Notes under the pieces: generated by a model
Told to the model about the DNA's origin: nothing
What the model saw: the letters and a program-made list of their open reading frames with translations, nothing else
Database searches by the model: none
Made by a program: the position numbers and the translations under genes
NCBI RefSeq assembly: GCF_000143415.4
Contig: NW_003314290.1
Location: 558,001-622,000, forward strand
Source of the DNA: Selaginella moellendorffii
Taxonomy: Eukaryota > Plantae > Lycopodiophyta
Direction: 5' to 3'
DNA: 64,000 nucleotides
Shown: positions 27,549-41,770 of the stretch, one piece after another
Numbering within the stretch: the stretch's first letter is position 1
Layout: every line of letters starts with the position of its first letter

Positions 27549-30500
27549 TGAAGTAATAACAATATGATCACCTTTTAGTAATGTTTGAGAACCATGTAGA
27601 TATGCATGAAGTTTCTTGAAACCCCAAATTGCTGCTAAACACTCCTTCTTTGTCATGGAGTAGTTCACCTCCGCCTAATTGTAATATACAGCTTATATAC
27701 GCAATAGGATGGCACTAACCAAACACACTTAGGCTTTTTTGCATCAAAAGACTTCCAAGACTAATATGAAAAGCATTTATGTGCAAAATGAAAGGTCGAG
27801 TGTAGTCAGGATATGCCAAAACTGGAGGAGTCATCAATAGCTCTTTGAGATCGATGAATGCCTGCTCACAATCTGGAGACCAGATGAAAGATGACGTTGA
27901 TGACTTCAATAACGCTCGCAATAGTGCAATGCAATCAGAAAGATGATCCACAAAATGACCGAGATATTGCACCTTACCCAAGAAGTGCTGCATATCATTT
28001 ACACACTTCAAAGTAGGGAACTTTACAATAGCTATAAGTTTATCAAGATCAATTTGTAAACCCTTGTCTTTGGACCCAAACATGCATTTCGACTACTTCA
28101 GCTTTAAACCAATGTCATGTAACTAATCCAACACTTTACAAACATCATGGATGTGCTCCTCCCACATCCCCTCCAAGTGGATCAAGACATCATCAATGAA
28201 GTCAGCAGTCACCTTTGGCATATCACAAAGAATCTCGTCTATCATCCACTAAAAAGTTGCTGAAGCATTGTTCAAACCAAACGGCATCATTAAGAACTCA
28301 TACAAACCAAATAGTGTATAAAAAGTAATCTTAGGAATATTTTCTTTAGTTATCAGTATTTGCCAGTACCCATAAGCAAGATCTAGCTTGGTGAACCAAT
28401 GACTTCGCCCTAGACGATCCAAGAGATCAGCAATGTGAGGAAGAGGGTACACATTTGGAATTGTCACTTTGTTAATGGACAATAGTTGATGTTGAAACGA
28501 ATACTCCCATCAGGTAAATGAGGTTCACATGCCCAAGGACTTCATGACTTTTGAATAACACCCTTCTCTAACATCTCTTTGACATTTGCATGTAAAATCT
28601 TGATCTCTTTGGGTGACCGACGATGAACAGGAACCTTGATTTTTTGAGCATCCCCGGTTGAAATCGGATGACGTGTGGCAATCTTGGCCCCAGACGATAG
28701 GTCAAATTCAAAGAGATCGGAATATTTCTTCATGAATCGGTCAACCGCTACAACACAAAGACTATTGAAGGGATCAAAAAAGGGAAAAGCGGAACATGAC
28801 TGAAACATAGGAGGAAGTAGTGGAGGGACAAAAGTAATGGAAGCAGAGGTAAAAGCAGAGGGACAAAGAGGTACGAAAGTGAGAGGAATGGATGAAATAT
28901 AAGGAAGTATGAGGCAAAAGGGAGAGGCCTCAAAGTCACACTTGGCATGTTGTGCTGCAACCAACCCATAGCAAGGATGAGGTCAAAAGCTTAACTCGGC
29001 ACCACCTACGATGACTGCAACCCAAGCTCGAGATCACCCACATACACAACTAAGTCCGCCTCACTTTGTGCACATGCATGTATACGACTGTTGACATAAA
29101 GAATGAAAACTAGCTCCGCTGCACGACACAAGTGTAGACAGCAACATGTGGCAACAGGTCGAGCACTAGAAGATAAACTTGAACCTATATCAACCAACAT
29201 AGAGAGAATAATAGGAGACCACTTGTTATAAAAATAAGTTTAGAAAGTAAACATTGGATGAACTGGTGCCGAGTGAACCCCTTGATAATACTCCTGAAAG
29301 AAAGATGGAGAGGTCATTAAATTATTTGCACAAGGTCCCTTAGTTACTCACATGACTCTTCGTTTCCCGGATGCATCTTGGTATCCAGACCTTCTACTGC
29401 AATAACACCAACAGAATGTTCTTGACGCCAAGGTCTCCACCTAGGAAATGGTGGCCACCAATTTGGAAAATGCCAATAACACTAATAAGTGTGACCAACT
29501 TCATTATATGCCCAACAACGAACATCACAGCCATGACCACGTCCTCACCCTTGTCCTTAGACTCAAGCAATAGCAGCATCAACCTTCATTGAAATAGGAC
29601 CATCACCCATAGAAAGTGGAGTTGAAGAATGTCCAGCAAGAAGTGGAAGAGGTGACGTTTCTGTAAGTGATTAAATTTTTCCATTCTACTTTAGTCACTT
29701 AACCACACCTCCGGCCACTTGGAGGAGTCTCATTCACAACCTTCATAAGTCCCACTTAGGACTTGGGGCTTGCTAGCCCCGAGAATGGCATCCATGCCAC
29801 TCCACTTTTGCACTTGGTCCCAGTGCTCCACGTGTCCGGTCCTATGACTGACACCCCAAAGCACCACCAACATACCAGCCTGTTACACTAGGCCATGCCC
29901 AATCACCTTGGTCACATCAGTGGTCCAACACCATCTGCATTGTAATTTCGTCTCTCCAAGACTGGGCCATCCGTCCGTGAGTGGTCATCCCAGATCCACT
30001 TTTTAGCATCCTTAGGATGCCCGCAGACATGGGGAATAGCCTTCCTCAATATCTCCTTTCTAGTCCCCACTAAATCCCTTTCCGTCCTTGGCTGTGTTCG
30101 CCAACACTGCCACTGGATCAGGGCCCATAGGCTCGACCACTAAGTCCCACGGTCCTCTGGGACTTCCTCACCGCATGACTGTATCCTTGGTCACTACACC
30201 AGAGGACTACTCCTCTTCCTTTCCACAGTCTAGGCCTTTGGGACAACATTTCAGAACACCGTGGCCTTACGTAAGCCTCGTGGGTACTCTCCCTGCCTTC
30301 CGCCTTTGGGTGCTCTAGCCATGGGCTTAGAGTGAGGTTCCGTTGAGCCACACTAGGTATCCAAGTAGGTAGTGCCACCCACACTTGGACTGGGAGCATC
30401 GGCCAATCGATCTCCCGGGGGAACTAGAGCCAGCTCTTGAACACTTCACCAAGCTACCCCGCTTGTCGGTCCGTATTCACTCTAGTCTTGGACTTCCTAG

Positions 30501-33500
30501 TGGTCAGTTCATCACCCAACACTAGGTCTGGCCTTCCTGGGCCAAACTGGCCTTCCTGGGCCAAACTGGCCTTCCTGGGCCAAACTGGCCTTTCCTGGCC
30601 AAACTAGCCTTTCCGAGCCAAACTGGCTCTACTGCAGTCCTCCCCCCTACTATACTTTTGGAGCTCACCAAACCCCCCAGGGTCTAGGAGACGAACGCTT
30701 TGGGCTTTCACCCTCTCAGACTCGGACTCGGACTTGGACTCGGACTCGGGCTCGGACTCAGACTTGGACTCGGGCTCGGGCTCAGTCTCGGCCTCGGCCT
30801 CGGTCTCGGTCTCGGTCCTGGTCGCGGTCTCAATCTCGGTCTTGGTCCCGGTCTCAGTCCTGGTCTTAGTCCCGGTCTCAGTCTTGACCTCGGACTCCAT
30901 CTCGGGTCCTTTTCAGATTCCATCTCGGGTCCATCTCGAACTCCATCTTAGGTCCATCTCGGACTCCATCTGGGGTCCATCTCGGACTTCATCTCGAGTC
31001 CATCTCGGACTCCACCTCGGACTCCACCTCAGGTCCATCTCGGACTCCATCTCGGACACTTCCACATGTCATATGTTGGTCCTTTTGGGTCCCTTTTTGG
31101 AGCCTCGCTTATTGCTCGCTTCATGCTCGTTCCTTGAGCACTCCGTTAAGAGTTCCACTCCCGCTCTTAACCTTTCAAGTCGGAGCCTTTTAGTCCAAAC
31201 ATGTTACGCTCGTTTGGCTTTTGCTTCGGCCACTACCACATGGCACCCTTTCGGCTCCACTTTGGGGCTTAGGGATTTGTGTCTTACAACTCCACCACCC
31301 ATAGACGAAGTTCGATGTCCTCATCGAACGGTAAACACTCTTATAAAGTAACACCCGCATGTATTACCAGTTCCATCCTTGGCACCCAGCTAATATTTGT
31401 CTATGGTTTGACACCAAAGGTGCACCATGCCTTGTCCATCCTCTAAGGAGCATAGTCTCTCCAACATAAAGACTCATTCGGCCACCTGGGGTGGTTTGCT
31501 CCCTTTTATTGGTTTAGTTCTCACTAAACCCGTTAGAGACACCTTCTCTAACTCAATTCCACTACTCATTCTCGAGTAGTCCCAACTTCTATTGACATAA
31601 CCAATTCACCTTGGAACTTTTTAATTTTGACTTCTCGAAGTCAATTTCTTTGGTGTCTTTGACACCTTTCACTACACATATTGTGCAACTTCGCTTCCCA
31701 TCCTAGGAAGCTCCCCACTTGAGGGCGCCATTGTCCTCCTTTCTATTTTATGCCACTTTTGGCACCAAGTTCTAGCTATCGTAAGTTGTGCTAGAGCTAT
31801 CCACAGTCCTATCTTTTGGCTACTTTGCCACTCCCTCCCTTGAAGCTTTCACTTTTGCCCACTTGGAGCATTTGGGAATCCATCCTTGGAAGCACACTTC
31901 CTTTCTCACAATCCGTTAGCATCTAACACACTAGTGTTCCATGCCTAACTTTGCCATTTGGATTCCTTCCAATGAACTCCATAGCCCACACTTGGCCACT
32001 AGTCTTTTGCTTTTATCCATTGATTGTTGCACTGAGCAACATAGGATCACTACCTCCATTCTCGAGGTATCCTTTTGGTTCCATGGCAAAGGCTCTACTT
32101 TGCTAAGTCTAGCGGGTGCTCACCCTTAGTAGGTCTCTTTAGCAATTTTTGCTCCGGGCTTCGTCCACAGCCCAACTTTGTGACCCTTCCATGGGTCTCC
32201 CCCCAAGCCTACTTTCTTGGACTTACTATACCATCGTATTGGCACAATTGATTTCCCTTTAGGTGTCCTTCTCACTTGGTCACCTCGACCAAGTCACACC
32301 ATTATCAATAGTTCAAATCAACACTTTGAACTGGGAATTATATTCCTTAACCCAAACAAAGATTTTGTCTTTGTTTAGCCACAAGATCGCCTGATGATCT
32401 CATCTTGACCCCTTAACAGGTCTACCAATAGGAACTAGGTCTTCCCGACCCTTTTTAAATTGTTGACTATGACCCCGAGGGCATCCCCCACACTTGGCGA
32501 TGCACCCAAGCTAGCCCTTCTGGCCAAGGATCCATAACAACTGAAATTGGGTGTCCCCATCTCATTCACCATGTCCTTGGTGCCCTTTGCACCAAAGTGT
32601 TCAAGTTAGATATGCTGAGCTTTCACTTTAAGCAATCTAACCATGCATCACGACTCTGAGGCATCCCTCGCTTGGCGGTGTGCTCAAATCAGTCTCCTCA
32701 CTGAGAGTCCATGACCACCGAAAAATGAGTGTCTTCATATTCCAAACCATCACCACGCCCTAGTGATTTGGGACTCGAACCTGTGAGCGACTAAATTTTC
32801 CATTCTACTTTAGTCACTTAACCACACCTCTGACCACTTGGAGGAGTCTCATTCACAACCTCCATAAGTCCAATCCAGGACTTGGGACTTGCTAGCCCCG
32901 AAAATGGCATCCATGCCACTCAACATTTGCACTTGGTCCAAGTGCTCCACGTGTCCGATCCCATGACCGACACTCAAAGGTACCACCGACATAGCAGCCC
33001 GTTATGCTAAGGCCATGCCCAATCACCTTTGCCACACTAGTAGTCCAATACCACTTGCATCACCATCTTGGCTCTCCAAGACTAGGCAAACCATCCGTGA
33101 GTGGTCATCTCAGATCCACTCCTTAGCATCCTTAGGATGCCCACCGACAAGGGGAATAGCCTTCCCCAATATCCCTCTGTCAGTCCCCACTAAGTCCCTT
33201 TCTGCCCCTGGCCGTGTTTGCCAACACTGCCACTGGATCAAGACCCATAGGCCCGACCACTAAGTCCCACGGTCCTCTGGGACTTCCTCACCACACGACT
33301 GTGTCCTTGGTCACTACCCCAGAGGACTGCTCCTCTTCCTTTCCACAGTCTGGGCCTTTGGGACAACATTTCGGAACACCGTGGCCTTACGCGAGCCACC
33401 TGGGTACTCTCCTCGCCTTCTACCCTTGGGTGCTCTAGCCATGGGCTTAGAGCGGGTTCCGTTGAGCCACACCAGGTATCCAAGTAGGTAGTGCCACCCA

Positions 33501-33882
33501 CACTTGGACTGGGAGCATCGGCCAGTCGATCTCCCGGGGGAACTAGAGCCGGCTCTTGAACACTTCACCAAGCTACCCCACTTGTCGGTCTGTGTTCACT
33601 CTAGTCTTGGACTTCCCAGTGGGCAGCTCATCACCCAACACTGGGTCCGGCCTTCCTGGGCCAAACTGGCCTTTCCTGGCCAAACTGGCTCCACTGCAGT
33701 CCTCCCCCTACTATACTTTTGGAGCTCACCAAACCCCCCAGGGTCTGGGAGACGAACGCTTTGGGCTTTCACCCTCTCAGACTCGAACTCGGACTCGGAC
33801 TCGGACTCGGACTCGGACTCGGACTTGGACTCAGGCTCGGGCTCGGTCTCGGCCTCGGCCTCGGTCTCGTTCTCGGTCCCGA

Positions 33883-33926
<44 letters not shown>

Positions 33927-35474
33927 CCGGTCTCGGTCTCGACTTCGGACTCCATCTCGGACTCCATCTCGGACTCCATCTCGGGTCCATCTCGGACTCC
34001 ATCTCGGGTCCATCTCGGACTCCATTTTGGGACCATCTCGCACTCCATCTCGGGTCCATCTCGGACTCCATCTCGGACTCCATTTCGGGTCCATCTCGGG
34101 TCCACCTCGGACTCCATCTCGGACTCCATCTCGGGTCCATCTCGGGTCCACCTCGGACTCCAACTCGAGTCCATCTCGGACTCCACTTTGGACTCCAACT
34201 CGAGTCCATCTCGGACACTTCCACATGTCATGTGTTGGTCCTTTTGGGTCCCTTTTTGGAGCCTCGCTTTTTGCTTGCTTCGTGCTCGTTCCTCGAGCAC
34301 TTCGTTGGGAGTTCCACTCCCGCTCTTGACTTTTCAAGTCAGAGCTTTTGGTCCAAACGTGTTACACTCGTTTGGCTCTCGCTTCAGCCACTCCCACGTG
34401 GCACCCTTTCCGGCTCCACTTTGGGGCCTAGGGATTTTGTGTCTCACAACTCCACCACCCATAGACGAAGTTCGATGTCCTCATCGAACGGTAAACCATT
34501 TTGTAAAGTAACACTCGCATGTGTTACCATTTCCATCCTTGGCACCTAGCCAATATTTGTCAATGGTTTGACATTAAAGGCTCACCATGCCTTTTGCATA
34601 TGCCTCAATGGTTTGACACCAAAAGCTCACCATGCCTTGCCTATCCTCTAAGGAGGGTAGTCTCCCCAACTTAGAGACTGATTGGACCACATGTAGTGGT
34701 TCTCGCTAAACCTCTTAGAGACCCTTCTCTAAGTCAATCCCACTACTCCTTCTCGAGTAGTCTCAATTTCCATCGATATAACCTTTGCACTTTGGAACTT
34801 TGAATTTTGACTTCTTGGAGTCAATTTCCTAGGTGTCTCCGACACCTTGCCTTGCACCTTTTGTGCAACTCCACTTCCCATCCTAGGAAGTTCTCTACTC
34901 GAGGGCACCATCATCCTCTCTTCTATTTCGTGCCACCCTGGGGCACTAAGTTCCAGTTATCATTCTTTGTGCTAGGGCTGTTCATGGCCCTATCCTTTGG
35001 CTACCTTACCGCTCCCTCTCTTGGAGCTTTTACTTCGCCAAATTGGAGCACTTAGGAATCCATCCTTGGAAGTCCACTTCCTTTCCCACAAGCTGTTAGC
35101 ATCGAACACATTAGTGTTCCTCGCCTAACTTTGCCACTTGGATTCCTTCCAAGGGATTCCACGGCCCTATCTTGGCCACTTATCTTTTGCTCCTATCCGT
35201 TGATTGTTGCACCAAGCAACCCTGAATCTCTACCTCCCTCCTTGAGGTATTCTTTTGATTCCATAGCAAAGGCTCTACTTTGCCAAGACTAGGGTGTTCA
35301 CCCCTCGTAAGTCTCTTTAGCATCTTCTGCTGTGGGCTCTATCCATGGCTCAACTTTATGACCCTCCCATGGGTCTCTTTAGAGACTACTTTCCTTGGAC
35401 ACACTATGCCATCGCAATGACATAACTCATTTCCCTAAGGTGTTTTTCCCACTTGGTCACCTTGACCAAGCCAC

Positions 35475-36558
35475 TGTAAGCGACTAAATTTTCCATTCTA
35501 CTTTAGTCACTTAACCACACCTCTGACCACTTGGAGGAGTCTCATTCACAACCTCCATAAGTCCAATCCAGGACTTGGGACTTGCTAGCCCCGAGAATGG
35601 CATCCATGCCACTCAACATTTGCACTTGGTCCAAGTGCTCCACGTGTCCGATCCCATGACCGACACTCAAAGGTACCACCGACATCGCAGCCCGTTACGC
35701 TAAGGCCATGCCCAATCACCTTTGCCACACTGGTAGTCCAATACCACTGGCATCACCGTCTTGGCTCTCCAAGACTAGGCAAACCATCCGTGAGTGGTCA
35801 TCTCAGATCCACTCCTTAGCATCCTTAGGATGCCCACCGACAAGGGGAATAGCCTTCCCCAATATCCCTCTATCAGTCCCCACTAAGTCCCTTTCTGCCC
35901 CTGGCCGTGTTTGCCAACACTGCCACTGGATCGAGACCCACAGGCCCGACCACTAAGTCCCACGGTCCTCTGGGACTTCCTCACCACACGACTGTGTCCT
36001 TGGTCACTACCCCAGAGGACTGCTCCTCTTCCTTTCCACAGTCTGGGCCTTTGGGACAACATTTCGGAACACCGTGGCCTTACGCGAGCCACCTGGGTAC
36101 TCTCCTCGCCTTCTACCCTTGGGTGCTCTAGCCATGGGCTTAGAGCGGGTTCTGTTGAGCCACACCAGGTATCCAAGTAGGTAGTGCCACCCACACTTGG
36201 ACTGGGAGCATCGGCCAGTCGATCTCCCGGGGGAACTAGAGCCGGCTCTTGAACACTTCACCAAGCTACCCCACTTGTTGGTCCATGTTCACTCTAGTCT
36301 TGGACTTCCCAGTGGGCAGCTCATCACCCAACACTGGGTCCGGCCTTCCTGGGCCAAACTGGCCTTTCCTGGCCAAACTGGCTCCACTGCAGTCCTCCCC
36401 CTACTATACTTTTGGAGCTCACCAAACCCCCCAGGGTCTGGGAGACGAACGCTTTGGGCTTTCACCCTCTCAGGCTCCGGACTCGGACTCGGACTCGGAC
36501 TCGGGCTCGGGCTCGGGCTCGGTCTCGGCCTCGGCCTCGGTCTCGGTCTCGGTCCGGA

Positions 36559-36590
<32 letters not shown>

Positions 36591-37194
36591 CCGGTCTCGG
36601 TCTCGACTTCGGACTCCATCTCGGACTCCATCTCAGACTCCATCTCGGACTCCATCTCGGGTCCATCTCGGGTCCATCTCGGACTCCATCTCGGACTCCA
36701 TTTCGGGTCCATCTCGAGTCCACCTCGGACTCCACTTTGGACTCCATCTCGGGTCTATCTCGGACTCCATCTCGGACTCCATTTCGGGTCCATCTCGGGT
36801 CCACCTCGGACTCCACTTCGGACTCCATCTCGGACTCCATCTCGGGTCCATCTCGGACTCCACTTCGGACTCCAACTCGGGTCCATCTCGGACTCCACTT
36901 CGGACTCCAACTCGGGTCCATCTCGGACTCCACTTCGGACTCCAACTCGAGTCCATCTCGGACACTCCCACGTGTCATGTGTTGGTCCTTTTAGGTCCCT
37001 TTTTGGAGCCTTGCCTTTTGCTTGCTTCGTGCTCGTTCCTCGAGCACTTCGTTGGGAGTTCCACTCCCGCTCTTGACTTTTCAAGTCGAAGCTTTTGGTC
37101 CAAACGTGATACGCTCGTTTGGCTCTTGCTTCGGCCACTACCATGTGGCGCCCTTCCGGCTCCACTTTGGGGCCTAGGGATTTTGTGTCTCACA
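35475..37194 (-). mobile_element. Solo LTR of the same family nested in copy B
   Basis: Single TG..CA LTR with TSD GCCAC on both sides; the interior of B resumes after it. Confidence 0.92.
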
Positions 37195-40100
37195 GCCACA
37201 CCATCATCAATAGTTCAAATCAACACTTTGAACTAGAAACCTTATTCCTTAACCCAAACAAGGACCTTGTCCTTATTTGGCCACAAGATCATCTAGTGAT
37301 CTCACCTCAGCACCTTAACAGGTTTGCCAATAGGTACTAGGTCTTCCAGACCTTTAACTTGTTAACTACGACCCCGGGGGCATCCCCCACACTTGGCGGT
37401 GCACCCAAGCCAGCCCTTCCGGCCAAGGGTCCATAGCAACTGAGATTAGGTGTCCCCATCTCACTCACCACGTCCTTGGTGCCACTTGCACCAAAGCGTT
37501 CAAGTTAGATATGCTGAGCTTTCACACTAAGCAATCTAACCGTGCATCACGACTCCAAGGCATCCCTCGCTTGGCGGTGTGCCCAAACCAGTCTCCCCAC
37601 TGAGAGTCCATGACCACCGAAATATGAGTGTCCTCATATTCCAAACCATCACCACGCCCTAGTGATTTGGGACTCGAACCCAAGCACTAGAGGGTCGGGA
37701 CTCGAACCCAACCTCCGTGACTCCCCACGCCGGTGCACCAACTTATTTTTAAAGCGCGCTACAGATCACAGCTTAGGAACCTAGTTCCTCTACACTGCCA
37801 AGTCCTCTCACTTGACATGTCTGTGATCATGCATGGACTCCTCCATGCTCGACCCCATGGCCCACCCTTTTTGAAGTTATCACCTTCAACTAGGGTCTTT
37901 GTTCCCCCGACGTGCCAATCTCACTTGGCAAGTCCTCCGACCATTGTAACATGGTTCCTGCATAAGCGTGAAAGTCCTTGACCATCGACTTTCGTTCAAA
38001 GCCCTCTCTTTGAACACTCGGGAACTACTTCCCTAACCTTGATAACCTTGCCTCATGGCAAGCTTCAAGACCACGCTTCTGCTGTGCCACTCTCATTTCG
38101 CGCGTTCCATGAACCATTTACACTCGGCCTTTCTAAGTACTACGCTACCTAGAATCGTCTTTGGGAACCTTGAAGGAACTCTGTCCCTCAGCTTGCTAAG
38201 GCCTCCCCTTTCGCAAGCTTTATAGTTGCCATATAGTCTAACATGGACAATTCCATATTTTAGACTCTCCATGGCATCACGGTTGCTAGCAGCAACACCC
38301 TCGAGCCCCCACTTGATTCTCCACTCCCAGCTGGCATAACCAACCTTGGTTATGCCCTTCGATTTTTATGGTTCAGTTCCATCCCAATACTACTTGCCTT
38401 TTAGCCCCATATGTTTCCTTTGGTTATTCTCCTCCAGACCAGGAGGATAGCTTTTGCACTTTCTATCATGCCTTAGCAAGTATTCTTAGGGATGTACCTA
38501 CCCAATAGCCCAAGGAGTGGTTCCTCAATCTGGGTATGCTCACCTTATAATCCCACACACTGGGATTACATTGTTGCTTATGGGCCTTTACATGCCCATC
38601 ACTAGCCTTGCCAAAATTCCATTTTTGGCTTTGTCCAACTCGGGTAGACAGTCCTCTCCTGTCTCCGCAACCTTGGACATTTGGATAGCACCTTCTATCC
38701 ATCATTCGCTAGGGACTTAGTCCCTTGGGCTTTATCCATTGCCCTCGCGACATCAAACACCACCTTCTGGTGTTCTAGAGTGTTCGGGTGTCCCAATGAT
38801 GGCTTTCTTGACAATGAGTATTTCCTTTTATGACATTGACTTACTATATCGCAACACAAGCAACTTATCCCCCGTAAGGGTGTATCCGACTTCCCTATGC
38901 TATTAAGAAGTCTTGGGTAGCTACCTTCTACCCGTTCAACCAGTTATTTTGCATCTCTTGCTTAGTTGCCTCATAGTTGTCAAGTCCTACAACTCATTGC
39001 TTGGTGCTTTCACACCTCCATCATTATCTGGGTCACCACACTCCAACTGCATGCTCTGCAGCTTAGGCTATGCTATTCCCATTTCCATTGGGATTCCTTT
39101 GGCAAGGGGTTCTCATGAACCCACCAACATAGCCTCAAGGTATCACACCTTGGCACATTTGGTGTCTCCACACCATCGGCTCCACGAGTCTACCTCTATG
39201 ACATTTCCCCTTCGTGTCTAAGTCTTTGCCAAAACCAACACCGCTCTTTCTCATGCCAACCATCCGTTAACACTGCACTATAGAGGTCACACACAACTTT
39301 ATGTCAAAGTTGTTTTCTTCTGGGAACACCTTTCCCATAACTTTAGCATGGCACATTTTGCCATCGATGAGATACCCTCTGTTCTCATCCTTGGATCCTA
39401 TGATCCCCCCCCATCCTTTGTGGGGTACAACACACCTCAGTCCAAATGCTTCCATCAGTCCTTTTAGGACCATCCCTTGACTCTACTTGAGTCATCAGCA
39501 GTTTTGGACTTGGTTAATCCACAGACCCTTAAGGTCCTACTTGTGAGGCACTAGCTCACTGGAATACACTTCTGGCATTCCTGTCCTACTCAAAAGGACT
39601 ATTTTCACAAGTGTTACTCCGACACTTGATTTTGTTCTCTAGGGGCAACTTTTGCCCCTTAGGACTACTTGTCCATGCGATGAGAATACCACTCATCTCT
39701 AAGTACACCCCCCAACTCCTTGGGTTGTTCCAGCATTTATTAAAGGTAGCCCCGGCTACCATTTCAAGAACTTGAGTCCTCTTCTGTATTTGACTTCCCA
39801 CGGTCATTACCTCTGGTCTCACATTTATGAGCACCAACCTCAACTATATGAGGATAATTTTGTGACTCCTTTATTGTTTTGGAGTCTCTATCTTTCCCGT
39901 GATCCCAACTTTAGTTGTTTACCACAACAACCTTAGCCAATTTGCTGAGACAAATGCTCATCCGGATCACATCCTCAACTCAATGAGGAAAACTTTGCAC
40001 TGTTCCCAAGATCCCAAAGTTGTTCCATTATTGGCCCTTTTCTATCCACCACCTCATCTACAAGTTCACACATGAACTGTAATGGAGAGCCATGTCTTCC

Positions 40101-41211
40101 CGACTTGCTACTCCTCAAGGATAGGCCCACTCCTCGGACCTTCCGATGCCAACACTAGTGGTGATATACTTGAGCACCAATAAAAGTCGGACTAAGGAAC
40201 AGCTCCGATACCAAATTGTGAGTGACTAAATTTTCCATTCTACTTTAGTCACTTAACCACACCTCTGACCACTTGGAGGAGTCTCATTCACAACCTCCAT
40301 AAGTCCAATCTAGGACTTGGGACTTGCTAGCCCCGAGAATGGCATCCATGCCACTCAACATTTGCACTTGGTCCAAGTGCTCCACGTGTCCGATCCCATG
40401 ACCGACACTCAAAGGTACCACCAACATAGCAGCCCGTTATGCTAAAGCCATGCCCAATCACCTTTGCCACACTAGTAGTCCAATACCACTTGCATCACCG
40501 TTTTGGCTCTTCAAGACTAGGCAAACCATCCGTGAGTGGTCATCTCAGATCCACTCCTTAGCATCCTTAGGATGCCCACCGACAAGGGGAATAGCCTTCC
40601 CCAATATCCCTCTGTCAGTCCCCACTAAGTCCCTTTCTGCCCCTGGCCGTGTTTGCCAACACTGCCACTGGATCGAGACCCACAGGCCCGACCACTAAGT
40701 CCCACGGTCCTCTGGGACTTCCTCACCACACGACTGTGTCCTTGGTCACTACCCCAGAGGACTGCTCCTCTTCCTTTCCACAGTCTGGGCCTTTGGGACA
40801 ACATTTCGGAACACCGTGGCCTTACGCGAGCCACCTGGGTACTCTCCTCGCCTTCTGCCCTTGGGTGCTCTAGCCATGGGCTTAGAGCGGGTTCCGTTGA
40901 GCCACACCAGGTATCCAAGTAGGTAGTGCCACCCACACTTGGACTGGGAGCATCGGCCAGTCGATCTCCCGGGGGAACTAGAGCCGGCTCTTGAACACTT
41001 CACCAAGCTACCCTACTTGTCGGTCTGTGTTCACTCTAGTCTTGGACTTCCCAGTGGGCAGCTCATCACCCAACACTGGGTCCGGCCTTCCTGGGCCAAA
41101 CTAGCCTTTCCTGGCCAAACTGGCTCCACTGCAGTCCTCCCCCTACTATACTTTTGGAGCTCACCAAACCCCCCAGGGTCTGGGAGACGAACGCTTTGGG
41201 CTTTCACCCTC

Positions 41212-41329
41212 TCAGACTCGAACTCGGACTCGGACTCGGACTCGGACTCGGACTCGGACTCGGACTCGGACTCGGACTCAGGCTCGGGCTCGGTCTCGGC
41301 CTCGGCCTCGGTCTCGTTCTCGGTCCCGA

Positions 41330-41367
<38 letters not shown>

Positions 41368-41770
41368 CCGGTCTCGGTCTCGGTCCCGGTCTCGGTCTCG
41401 ACTTCGGACTCCATCTCGGACTCCATCTCGGACTCCATCTCGGACTCCATCTCGGGTCCATCTCGGACTCCATCTCGGGTCCATCTCGGACTCCATTTCG
41501 GGCCCATCTCGGACTCCATCTCGGGTCCATCTCGGACTCCATCTCGGACTCCATTTCGGGTCCATCTCGGGTCCACCTCGGACTCCATCTCAGACTCCAT
41601 CTCGGACTCCATCTCGGACTCCATCTCGGACTCCATTTCGGGTCCATCTCGGGTCCACCTCGGACTCCATCTCGGACTCCATCTCGGGTCCATCTCGGGT
41701 CCACCTCGGACTCCAACTCGAGTCCATCTCGGACTCCACTTTGGACTCCAACTCGAGTCCATCTCGGACA
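41212..41770. repeat. (CTCGGA/CTCGGT)n and (ACTCCATCTCGG)n array inside the LTR; also at ~30715-31060, 33775-34220, 36470-36965 and 45545-45842
   Basis: Directly visible tandem 6-mers and 12-mers. Confidence 0.95.

Noticed and set aside
29785-29800. tggcatccatgcca palindrome in each LTR resembling the element palindrome
   Set aside because: Different geometry (6-bp arms, 2-bp spacer); its recurrence is explained by LTR copy number.
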